The notes beneath the pieces were generated by a model. It was not told the origin of the DNA. It did no database searches and worked only from the letters and a program-made list of their open reading frames with translations. Source: an uncultured cyanobacterium (GTDB taxonomy: Bacteria > Cyanobacteriota > Cyanobacteriia > Cyanobacteriales > CAWCAG01). From it: a stretch of 64,000 nucleotides of DNA. Shown here piece after piece: positions 29,366 through 38,198 of this stretch. The stretch is taken from NCBI GenBank assembly GCA_963803805.1, contig CAWDOD010000011.1:224001-288000 (forward strand). The letters are read 5' to 3'. Position numbers and translations under genes: made by a program. Positions within the stretch are counted from its first letter, which is position 1. Every line of letters starts with the position of its first letter.

Positions 29366-31762
29366 ATGAGTGGAAATAAAAGACGAGGCGGTTATCTGGC
29401 GACGGCAGAAGGAGTAAAAAAACTTAAAGAAGCAAAGGGTATTAAGAAATATAGTTATCAACAAATTGCAGAGGAAGCGAGGGAGACAGAAGATAAAGTT
29501 AAACGCTTGTTTAATCCTCAATGGGGCGATGGTAAATATAAAGTTGGTGAAGAAGCTGTAGAAGCTATTTGCAATGTATTAGATTTAAAGCCAGAAGAAG
29601 TTGTTAGTGATTGGTATTCATTGGCTCTTATTCAAGAGAAAGAAAAGTTAGTTACCTCGACTCAAATCAAAAATCACGATCCTTCTTATTATCAGGCACT
29701 TAGAAAAATCAGACAAGCTGTTATAGATGAAGTAAAAAGACTAGATCTTTCTATAATGGAATTAACAGAATTACCATCAGAAATTGGACAATTGTCTAAT
29801 CTGACAGAACTTTACCTCAACAATAATTTCCTGAGCAGTCTGCCCCCAGAAATCGGACAACTGGCTAATCTTACAGTACTCTACCTCGGTTCTAATTCCC
29901 TAAGTAATCTGCCCCCAGAAATCGGACAACTAGCTAATCTTAGTAAACTTTACCTCAACTATAATTCCCTAAGCAACCTGCCTCCACAAATCGGACAACT
30001 AGCTAATCTTACAGGGCTTTACCTCAACTATAATTCCCTAAGTAATCTGCCCCCAGAAATCGGACAACTAGCTAATCTGACAGGACTTTACCTCGGTTCT
30101 AATTCCCTAAGTAACCTGCCTCCAGAAATCGGACAACTAGCTAACCTGGCAGTACTCTACCTCAGTTCTAATTCCCTAAACAGTCTGCCTCTAGAAATCG
30201 GACAACTAGATAATCTTAGTACACTTTACCTCGACAATAATTCCCTAAGCAATTTACCCCCAGAAATTATAGCAAAGCAAAACGAACCAGCTATCATAAT
30301 TGATTACTATTTATCTCTGCAACAAAGTAAGCAACAAAAACCGCTCCACGAAGCAAAAATGTTACTGGTTGGGCAGGGAAATGTAGGAAAAACTTGTCTT
30401 AGAGAAAGGTTAATTAGAAATAAATACGATCCGACTCGTAATAAAACTGATGGTATTGATATCGAACCTTGGGAAATAGAAGTAGACGATAAACAATTAC
30501 AAGTAAATATTTGGGACTTCGGTGGACAAGAAATTATGCACTCTACCCACCAATTTTTCTTAACTAAACGCAGTCTTTATATCTTAGTAGTTGATACGAC
30601 TATAGGAGAAGAAGAAAATCGCATTGAATATTGGCTTAAAATAATTAAAAGTTTTGGTAAAAACTCCCCGGTAATTATTGTCGGTAACAAAGCAGATCAA
30701 CATCCTTTAGATATTGATAAAACTGGTTTAAAGAAAAAGTATCCCCAAATTTTAGATTTTAAAGAAATCTCCTGTGAAACAGGAATGGGTATTTCCGATT
30801 TAGCTCAATTTGTCAAGCAGGAAATTAATCAATTAGAACATATTGACGATTTGTTACCTTTGCCTTGGTTTAACATCAAAGAAAAGCTAGAAGAACTTGA
30901 TAAAGACTATATTCCCTACGAACAATATGAGTCTTTGTGTGAACAAGAAGGAATTGAAAAAGAAACTAAACAACGCATCTTAATTGGGCTGTTAAACGAT
31001 TTAGGTGTTGTCCTCAATTTTCAAGATGACCCTAGGTTAGAAGATACCCACGTACTTAACCCTGAATGGGTAACAAATGGAGTTTATAAAATACTCAACG
31101 ATCGTAATTTAATTGTTGATAATCGCGGCATTTTAACCATTCCTACTCTACAAAGAATCCTCAATCAACCTCGCTACCCAGCCAGAAAGCATTTATTTCT
31201 TATTGGCATGATGCGAAAGTTTGAACTTTGTTTTGATATTGAAACAGATCAACAATTTCTCCTGCCTGATATTTTACCCAAAGAAGAACCTTATACAGGA
31301 GAATGGGAAAACACCCTTGCTTTTGAATATCATTACCCCGTTTTACCTGGTAGCATTATCTCTCGCTTTATTATTCGTATGAATCACTATATTCATCAAA
31401 CAACCTATTGGCGTAGTGGGGTAGTTTTAGCAAATGAAGGTAATTTGGCATTAGTTAAAGCAGACAGGGAAGATAAAATCATTAAAATTCGTGTTAGTGG
31501 CAAAGCTAATACGAGACGCAATCTTTTAACAGCAATTCGTTCCCAATTTGACTATATTCACAAAACTATTCCTGGTATTGTGCCAGTAGAAAAAGTCCCT
31601 TTAATGGAACATCCAGAAATCATTTTAGACTATCAAGAATTGTTAGGTTTAGAAGCGATGGGAGAAACAACTGTAGCCATTGGTAAACTTAAACAACGCA
31701 TTCCTTTGAGGCAATTACTCAATGGTATAGAATCTTTAGGCGATCGCCAAGCCCCAAAATAA
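29366..31762 (+). CDS. Roco-family protein: N-terminal HTH-like domain, LRRs, Roc GTPase and COR domain
   Basis: 23-aa LRRs (LPPEIGQLxNLxxLYLxxNSL); P-loop GQGNVGKT; TDGI; IWDFGGQE..HSTHQFFLT; VGNKAD; COR motifs L.DLG, LNPEW.T.GVY, YWRSGVVL. Confidence 0.92.
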   Translation: MSGNKRRGGYLATAEGVKKLKEAKGIKKYSYQQIAEEARETEDKVKRLFNPQWGDGKYKVGEEAVEAICNVLDLKPEEVVSDWYSLALIQEKEKLVTSTQIKNHDPSYYQALRKIRQAVIDEVKRLDLSIMELTELPSEIGQLSNLTELYLNNNFLSSLPPEIGQLANLTVLYLGSNSLSNLPPEIGQLANLSKLYLNYNSLSNLPPQIGQLANLTGLYLNYNSLSNLPPEIGQLANLTGLYLGSNSLSNLPPEIGQLANLAVLYLSSNSLNSLPLEIGQLDNLSTLYLDNNSLSNLPPEIIAKQNEPAIIIDYYLSLQQSKQQKPLHEAKMLLVGQGNVGKTCLRERLIRNKYDPTRNKTDGIDIEPWEIEVDDKQLQVNIWDFGGQEIMHSTHQFFLTKRSLYILVVDTTIGEEENRIEYWLKIIKSFGKNSPVIIVGNKADQHPLDIDKTGLKKKYPQILDFKEISCETGMGISDLAQFVKQEINQLEHIDDLLPLPWFNIKEKLEELDKDYIPYEQYESLCEQEGIEKETKQRILIGLLNDLGVVLNFQDDPRLEDTHVLNPEWVTNGVYKILNDRNLIVDNRGILTIPTLQRILNQPRYPARKHLFLIGMMRKFELCFDIETDQQFLLPDILPKEEPYTGEWENTLAFEYHYPVLPGSIISRFIIRMNHYIHQTTYWRSGVVLANEGNLALVKADREDKIIKIRVSGKANTRRNLLTAIRSQFDYIHKTIPGIVPVEKVPLMEHPEIILDYQELLGLEAMGETTVAIGKLKQRIPLRQLLNGIESLGDRQAPK
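29771..30253 (+). repeat. Seven tandem 69-bp LRR-coding repeats
   Basis: Units start at 29771, 29840, 29909, 29978, 30047, 30116 and 30185 and share a near-invariant CC.CCAGAAATCGGACAACT.GCTAA core. Confidence 0.9.
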
Positions 31763-31857
31763 TTGGTTTTAAGTTATGCAACTCAATATCAAATTGATTT
31801 GAATGATATTTTCTCAAGTAAATTTATAATAATTAAAAGAGATTCAACTAAAAAAAG

Positions 31858-32439
31858 ATGGAAGCGATCGCTATTCCCAAAGGATTCAAAGTAACTACAG
31901 AACAATTCGACCAATTAGCATTCACCGAACAACTGGCACGAATGGAGTTAACCAAAAATGGAGAATTAATTATTATGAGTCCCACTGGTGGAGAAGCTGG
32001 AGAGAAAAACTTTAATTTATATATTGATTTAGGAATTTGGAATCGTCAGACCAAATCAGGAAAAGCTTTTGATTCTTCAACTATTTTTATTTTACCTAAT
32101 GGCGCGAGAAGAAGTCCTGATGTTAGCTGGATTAGATTAGAAAGATGGAATGTACTAACCCGGAAACAAAAGCAAGGTTTTCCTCCTATCGCTCCTGATT
32201 TTGTGATTGAATTAGTAAGTCCAAGCGATCTCAAAAATCAGAGATACGAAGACTTACAGGCAAAAATGCAGGAATATTTAGATAACGGGGTTAAGCTGGG
32301 TTGGTTAATCGAACCCCAAGGGAAAACAGTAGAAATATATAGACTTGGGCAACCAGTAGAAGTTTTAAATAATCCTCAAACTCTCTCAGGAGAAGATATT
32401 TTACCGGGATTTATTCTAGATTTAAGTCAGATTTTTTGA
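31858..32439 (+). CDS. Uma2/DUF820-family PD-(D/E)xK-like endonuclease, copy 1
   Basis: MEL..NGELIIMSP, SPDVSWI, APDFVIELVSPSD, KMQEYLDNGVKLGWLI. Confidence 0.93.
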   Translation: MEAIAIPKGFKVTTEQFDQLAFTEQLARMELTKNGELIIMSPTGGEAGEKNFNLYIDLGIWNRQTKSGKAFDSSTIFILPNGARRSPDVSWIRLERWNVLTRKQKQGFPPIAPDFVIELVSPSDLKNQRYEDLQAKMQEYLDNGVKLGWLIEPQGKTVEIYRLGQPVEVLNNPQTLSGEDILPGFILDLSQIF

Positions 32440-32450
32440 TAGTAAAGAAT

Positions 32451-33032
32451 ATGGAAGCGATCGCTATTCCTAAAGGATTTAAAGTAACTCCAGAACAATT
32501 TGAGCAACTAGCATTCACCGAACAACTGGCACGAATGGAGTTAACTAAAAATGGAGAATTAATTATTATGAGTCCCACTGGAGGAACAGCAGGTAGAAAA
32601 AATAGCCGTTTAACCCAGCAACTAAGAAATTGGGCAGATCAAGACGGTACAGGAGAAGTATTTGATTCTTCTACAGTGTTTGTTTTACCTAATAATGCCA
32701 GAAAAAGTCCTGATGTTAGTTGGATTAAACTAGAGCGATGGCATCAACTGACTCAAAAACAACAAGATGGCTTTCCTCCTATCGCTCCTGATTTTGTGAT
32801 TGAATTAGTAAGTCCAAGTGATCTTAAAAATCAGAGATATGAAGACTTACAGGCAAAAATGCAGGAATATTTAGATAACGGGGTTAAGCTGGGTTGGTTA
32901 ATCGAACCCCAAGGGAAAACAGTAGAAATATATAGACTTGGGCAACCAGTAGAAGTTTTAAATAATCCTCAAACTCTCTCAGGAGAAGATATTTTACCGG
33001 GATTTATTCTAGATTTAAGTCAGATTTTTTGA
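32451..33032 (+). CDS. Uma2-family endonuclease, copy 2
   Basis: Same motifs; start placed at the ATG homologous to copy 1. Confidence 0.93.
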   Translation: MEAIAIPKGFKVTPEQFEQLAFTEQLARMELTKNGELIIMSPTGGTAGRKNSRLTQQLRNWADQDGTGEVFDSSTVFVLPNNARKSPDVSWIKLERWHQLTQKQQDGFPPIAPDFVIELVSPSDLKNQRYEDLQAKMQEYLDNGVKLGWLIEPQGKTVEIYRLGQPVEVLNNPQTLSGEDILPGFILDLSQIF

Positions 33033-33043
33033 TAGTAAAGAAT

Positions 33044-33625
33044 ATGGAAGCGATCGCTATTCCTAAAGGATTTAAAGTAACTCCAGAACAATTTGAGCAA
33101 CTAGCATTCGCTGAACAACTGGCACGAATGGAGTTAACTAAAAATGGAGAATTAATTATTATGAGTCCCACTGGAGGAACAGCAGGTAGAAAAAACTTCA
33201 ACCTATATCTAGATTTAGGAATTTGGAATCGTCAAACAAAGCTAGGAGAAGCTTTTGATTCTTCGACTACTTTTGTTTTACCTAACGGTGCGAGAAGAAG
33301 TCCTGATGTTAGCTGGATTAAACTAGAGCGATGGCATCAACTGACTCAAAAACAACAAGATGGCTTTCCTCCTATCGCTCCTGATTTCGTGATTGAATTA
33401 GTAAGTCCAAGCGATCTCAAAAATCAGAGATACGAAGACTTACAGGCAAAAATGCAGGAATATTTAGATAACGGGGTTAAGCTGGGTTGGTTAATCGAAC
33501 CTCAAGGGAAAACAGTAGAAATATATAGACTTGGGCAACCAGTAGAAGTTTTAAATAATCCTCAAACTCTCTCAGGAGAAGATATTTTACCGGGATTTAT
33601 TCTAGATTTAAGTCAGATTTTTTGA
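33044..33625 (+). CDS. Uma2-family endonuclease, copy 3
   Basis: Same motifs. Confidence 0.93.
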   Translation: MEAIAIPKGFKVTPEQFEQLAFAEQLARMELTKNGELIIMSPTGGTAGRKNFNLYLDLGIWNRQTKLGEAFDSSTTFVLPNGARRSPDVSWIKLERWHQLTQKQQDGFPPIAPDFVIELVSPSDLKNQRYEDLQAKMQEYLDNGVKLGWLIEPQGKTVEIYRLGQPVEVLNNPQTLSGEDILPGFILDLSQIF

Positions 33626-33636
33626 TAGTAAAGAAT

Positions 33637-34218
33637 ATGGAAGCGATCGCCATTCCTAAAGGATTTAAAGTAACTCCAGAACAATTTGAGCAACTAGCAT
33701 TCGCTGAACAACTGGCACGAATGGAGTTAACTAAAAATGGAGAATTAATTATTATGAGTCCCACTGGAGGAACAGCAGGTAGAAAAAATCGCCGTTTGAC
33801 ACAGCGAATTGGCATTTGGACAGATCGAGACGGTACAGGAGAAGCTTTTGATTCTTCGACTACTTTTGTTTTACCTAACGGTGCGAGAAGAAGTCCTGAT
33901 GTTAGCTGGATTAAACTAGAAAGATGGCATCAACTGACTCAAAAACAACAAGATGGCTTTCCTCCTATCGCTCCTGATTTCGTGATTGAATTAGTAAGTC
34001 CAAGCGATCTCAAAAATCAGAGATACGAAGACTTACAGGCAAAAATGCAGGAATATTTAGATAACGGGGTTAAGCTGGGTTGGTTAATCGAACCTCAAGG
34101 GAAAACAGTAGAAATATATAGACTTGGGCAACCAGTAGAAGTTTTAAATAATCCTCAAACTCTCTCAGGAGAAGATATTTTACCGGGATTTATTCTAGAC
34201 TTAAGTGATATTTTTTGA
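33637..34218 (+). CDS. Uma2-family endonuclease, copy 4
   Basis: Same motifs. Confidence 0.93.
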   Translation: MEAIAIPKGFKVTPEQFEQLAFAEQLARMELTKNGELIIMSPTGGTAGRKNRRLTQRIGIWTDRDGTGEAFDSSTTFVLPNGARRSPDVSWIKLERWHQLTQKQQDGFPPIAPDFVIELVSPSDLKNQRYEDLQAKMQEYLDNGVKLGWLIEPQGKTVEIYRLGQPVEVLNNPQTLSGEDILPGFILDLSDIF

Positions 34219-34295
34219 TTATCAAGTATTTCTGGTCTTACAGTCTCCTAAGATAGACTACTAACAGCAACTTGTTAAGAATCTAAGAAAATCTT

Positions 34296-35285
34296 ATGAG
34301 CAGCTCTTTAGATACTTCATCAGGGTCTAATAAGCTTTTGAGTAGTCAAAACATTATCTATGCTGGTATTACTTGGTCAGTATTAGCGCTGGTTTCCTTC
34401 GTCTTATTTGCCCTGATTCCCTCAGAACAAGATAGTCCTACTGTCTATTTAATAGATACCTATATCCTGGAATGTCTGCCTTTTCTTGGGGCAGCACTTT
34501 TGTGTTTTCGTAATGCTAACAGCCCTAAAATTGCTAGTGGACGTAATGTCTGGCTAGGAATTGGTTTAGGGGCCCTTAGTTATTTTACTGCTAACCTGAT
34601 TTTCGGCTGGTGGGAACTGTATTGGGAACTAGATCCTGATGTTTCCCCGGCAGATTTATTTTATGTCGCTTTTTATCTCCTGTTAAGCTGGGGAATGATT
34701 TTAGCTATCATACCCAGGCGCTTGAATTTGGAGAAGTGGCAATGGATTGTTTTGGGTTCCATTGCTGTTATTGGTACAGCCTTAGCTGTTTGGATTGCTA
34801 TTTCCCCTCCCCCTTTAGAGGAGGAGCTAGAATTTTTAGCCAATGAACAACCTGTTACAGAACAAATAGAGGTAGCTACTCCCTCCTCTCAAGCCCTAGC
34901 AGAAACAGAGGCGATCGCAATCCGCAAAGCCCCTCAATGGGTGATGTCTCTAGAAGATACCTTGAGTCCCTTAGCTCGCCCAATTAATTTCTTTTACATT
35001 ATTGGTGACTTAGCTTTAGTAATTATTGCTACAACTTTACTACTAGCCTATTGGGGAGGAGCCTATTCTTGGTCTTGGCGGATGATTGGTGCAGCTACCT
35101 TTGCTTTATATATTGCTGATATGTGGTTTAAGTATGCTGCCACTCTACCAACAGAATACCAAAGTGGCGCTTTACTAGAAGTATTTTTTGTTTTTAGTGG
35201 AGTATTTTTTGCTGTTGGCGCAATATTAGAATACGAAATCTCCCATCGTCCTCGTCAGAGGAGTCGTGGTAGACGTAAGAAATAA
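34296..35285 (+). CDS. Multi-pass membrane protein, hypothetical (resembles membrane sensor-type domains)
   Basis: About 7-8 hydrophobic helices, S.ADLFY motif, basic C-terminus. Confidence 0.78.
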   Translation: MSSSLDTSSGSNKLLSSQNIIYAGITWSVLALVSFVLFALIPSEQDSPTVYLIDTYILECLPFLGAALLCFRNANSPKIASGRNVWLGIGLGALSYFTANLIFGWWELYWELDPDVSPADLFYVAFYLLLSWGMILAIIPRRLNLEKWQWIVLGSIAVIGTALAVWIAISPPPLEEELEFLANEQPVTEQIEVATPSSQALAETEAIAIRKAPQWVMSLEDTLSPLARPINFFYIIGDLALVIIATTLLLAYWGGAYSWSWRMIGAATFALYIADMWFKYAATLPTEYQSGALLEVFFVFSGVFFAVGAILEYEISHRPRQRSRGRRKK

Positions 35286-35289
35286 GGGA

Positions 35290-35356
35290 GTAGGGGTGAT
35301 GGTCATCGCCCCTAAAACATTTGTAAGCAGGGGTAGAGCATCAATGCTCTACCCCT
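35290..35356. repeat. Pair of REP-like palindromes
   Basis: GTAGGGGTGATG-GT-CATCGCCCCTA and AGGGGTAGAGCAT-CA-ATGCTCTACCCCT. Confidence 0.6.
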
Positions 35357-35514
35357 AAATTTTTCTTTACGCAATCTAGTGTGACGCATCTTAATATATA
35401 TTTAGATATCTAGATAAACTAAAAATCAAATAACTCTTGACCCTTTAACCTTTACCCCTTCCCTATAGCTATTGCCCATCAATCAAAAATTGACAGCTAA
35501 AAAAAGTATTAACC

Positions 35515-36903
35515 TTGAGTGAACCAACAACTTCCACCTCCAACGTCTCCCATAGCGAACTGCGTCAACTGGTTCGTACCCAGTTGCAATTATTGCTGGA
35601 AGAAGGAAACTTAGCAGGGGCAAAAACTCTTTTGGTTCCTGTACAACCAGTGGATATTGCCGAAGCTATTGAAGGATTACCAGAAAAGTTGCACGCTATT
35701 GGTTTTCGTTTAATCTCTAAAGAAAAGGCGATCGCCGTTTATGAATATCTTGATTCTTCTGTACAGCAGGCTTTGATTCAAGAGTTTAAGCGTCAGGAGG
35801 TGATTGAGATTGTTGATAAAATGTCCCCTGATGATCGAGCGAGATTATTCGATGAACTGCCAGCTAAAGTTGTGGGACAGTTTTTAGATCAATTAAGTCC
35901 TAAAGAACGCATCGCTACAGCGTTACTCCTGGGTTACGAAGAAGATACGGCGGGGCGAATTATGACCCCGGAGTATATTTCCCTCAAAGAGAATTTAACC
36001 GTTGCCGATGCCTTAGCCAGAATCCGCCGTTTAGCTAATGCTTCAGAAATTATCTACTATCTCTACGTCACCGATGCTTCTCGGCATTTATTAGGGATTG
36101 TTTCGCTGCGAGATTTAGTAACATCTTCTCCTGAAAACAGTTTAGGAGAAATTATGACCTCTGATCTTGTCCGCGCCCCCACAAGTATGGATCAAGAAGA
36201 AGTCGCCCGGTTAATTCAACGCTACGATCTTTTTGCTTTGCCCATTGTGGATAAAGAAGAACGTTTAGTAGGGGTGGTGACAGTAGATGATGTCATCGAT
36301 ATCTTGGAGCAAGAAGCTACAGAAGATATTTATGCTTTAGGTGGAGTTCAAGCCGATGGAGATAACTATTTTCAAACCAACTTAGTAACCGTCGCCCGTA
36401 AGCGGGTAGTTTGGTTATTTATTCTTCTTTTAACTAATACCGTTACCGGAACTATTATTCGTTCCCAAGAAGATATTTTGCAACAAGTCGTCACCTTAGC
36501 AGCTTTCATCCCCCTCTTAACTGGTACAGGAGGAAACGTGGGCGCACAATCTTCTACCGTAGTGATTAGAGGCTTAAACACCGACGAAATGAATGATTTG
36601 GGAGCAAGGCAAGTCATCTTCCGAGAAGCCCTGGCAGGAGCCTTATTGGGGAGCATATTGGGAACAGTCGCTACCTTCTGGGCATATTGGTTACAAGGAA
36701 ACTTCTCCGTCGCTATTTCTGTGGGCATCAGCTTAGTTGCGATCGCAATTTTAGCTTCTGTAGCCGGTTCTGCTTTACCCTTTTTATTCCGTTATTTAAA
36801 ATTAGATCCTGCCCTCATGTCTGCACCATTTATCACCACAGCCGTAGACGTTTTGGGGGTACTAATTTACTTTAATATTGCCCGTACAGTTTTGGGACTA
36901 TGA
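35515..36903 (+). CDS. mgtE: Magnesium transporter MgtE
   Basis: N-domain, CBS pair (TAGRIMT, GVVTVDD), TM motifs GGNVGAQS and DPALMSAPFITT..D. Confidence 0.95.
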   Translation: MSEPTTSTSNVSHSELRQLVRTQLQLLLEEGNLAGAKTLLVPVQPVDIAEAIEGLPEKLHAIGFRLISKEKAIAVYEYLDSSVQQALIQEFKRQEVIEIVDKMSPDDRARLFDELPAKVVGQFLDQLSPKERIATALLLGYEEDTAGRIMTPEYISLKENLTVADALARIRRLANASEIIYYLYVTDASRHLLGIVSLRDLVTSSPENSLGEIMTSDLVRAPTSMDQEEVARLIQRYDLFALPIVDKEERLVGVVTVDDVIDILEQEATEDIYALGGVQADGDNYFQTNLVTVARKRVVWLFILLLTNTVTGTIIRSQEDILQQVVTLAAFIPLLTGTGGNVGAQSSTVVIRGLNTDEMNDLGARQVIFREALAGALLGSILGTVATFWAYWLQGNFSVAISVGISLVAIAILASVAGSALPFLFRYLKLDPALMSAPFITTAVDVLGVLIYFNIARTVLGL

Positions 36904-37205
36904 AATTAATTAATAGATGTTTCCTATCGGTTCTGTAAAAATTCCTTTGAATGCTTTACTTTAGCTGCTATACCTTCTTCATAGAAAGAATACTAAAACT
37001 TCATCGTAACTTTAACCACTCACATCTAGAGAAAGTTTAAATAGATATAGGTTCAAGGTGAGATGGATTCAAACGGGCAATTCTAAAGGGTTTTAGGCTA
37101 GCTCACTTAAATATTTACCAGAAAATCTTGGCTGCGGAACTAATCAACATATAAACTCGAACTTCTAAAAATTTTAAACGGTAACGTTAGGTAGATTTTA
37201 AAGGT

Positions 37206-38057
37206 ATGAAGGGAACAATCAAGAAATTTTTATTAGGTGCTTCAGTTGTAGTAGGGGCAAGTGCGATCGCAGTTAACCCGTCTTTTGCTGGTAGTTTTAG
37301 TTCCAGCGGCCCAACAACAGTATATGAGTCTTTTGTTGATACTGACGGCAAGACCAAAACTAGAAAAGTAACAGGGGCAGACTTATCAACTATTTTAAGT
37401 GGTGACAGCAGCGCTCCTGGTGGTAACGTTGAGCTTTATGACCAGACAGATGGTTTAACCTTAGAGCAGTTCAAAGAAATCGGCTCAGCTACATTAACAG
37501 CCGATCTTGATGGTAAGATTGTTAACTTTAATAGTCTTACCTACGAAGACTGGTTTGGTACAGGCAGTGGTATCAACGAGAATTATGGGGCGAATAACTT
37601 TGCTAACCAATGGTTTGGTGAGGCTATGGCCAAATACGGCTCAGGCTACAATAGTATACAAAAAGAAGTGCTTTACGGTAAATTAAAATCTAATGGTTTC
37701 CAACGCTTCAGCGACCCTAATTTGGCTTATGTAGGTAAAGATGGGAATACTGTTACTTTCGGTTTAGCTGGCCATAGCAATGCAGGAAATGTACACCCTT
37801 TACTTCAGGGTATGTATGCTAGCGAAGTAGTTAAAGTAAGCTACAAAGGCAAAACAGAATTATTCTATAGCTTTGACAAACCTACAGACTCTGGGCAGTA
37901 CGAAGTTTCTGATGGGACATCCCACGACGGTAACTTTGAATTCTCTTTCCAGTGGGGCGAAGATGATGCAGAGAAAGTACCTGAACCCTCCGCAATTTTA
38001 GGTCTAATCGCTTTGAGTGGTGTTGTAGCAACTAAGCGTAAGCACAATAAAGCTTAA
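37206..38057 (+). CDS. PEP-CTERM exported surface protein
   Basis: Signal peptide; C-terminal VPEPSAILGL, TM segment and basic tail (KRKHNK). Confidence 0.9.
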   Translation: MKGTIKKFLLGASVVVGASAIAVNPSFAGSFSSSGPTTVYESFVDTDGKTKTRKVTGADLSTILSGDSSAPGGNVELYDQTDGLTLEQFKEIGSATLTADLDGKIVNFNSLTYEDWFGTGSGINENYGANNFANQWFGEAMAKYGSGYNSIQKEVLYGKLKSNGFQRFSDPNLAYVGKDGNTVTFGLAGHSNAGNVHPLLQGMYASEVVKVSYKGKTELFYSFDKPTDSGQYEVSDGTSHDGNFEFSFQWGEDDAEKVPEPSAILGLIALSGVVATKRKHNKA

Positions 38058-38092
38058 GTTAACAATTTTTTAAAGATGTCCATGTCAAGGTC

Positions 38093-38119
38093 AGGGGGAG
38101 TATAAAAGCTCCCTTTTTC
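38093..38119 (+). terminator. Intrinsic terminator
   Basis: AGGGGGAG...CTCCCTTTTT. Confidence 0.6.
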
Positions 38120-38198
38120 TTCATTATTATTAGGATTTATAAGTCCTGATTACGTAAAGCTTTCCTGGAGAAAAAAGCGAATAAAAAAACTGCTTAGC

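Larger units (their letters stand above)
31858..34218 (+). repeat. Four-unit tandem gene array, period exactly 593 bp
   Basis: ATGGAAGCGATCGC at 31858, 32451, 33044 and 33637; identical 11-bp spacers TAGTAAAGAAT. Confidence 0.95.

Noticed and set aside
29136-29369. 77-aa ORF upstream of the Roco gene
   Set aside because: No recognisable motif; occupies the divergent promoter region; probably spurious
29771-30253. CRISPR array
   Set aside because: The 69-bp periodicity is in-frame LRR coding sequence without unique spacers; no cas genes
31858-34218. Diversity-generating retroelement as the cause of Uma2 variation
   Set aside because: Differences are not adenine-specific (e.g. TTC vs CGC), all copies are coding, and no reverse transcriptase or template repeat is in the window
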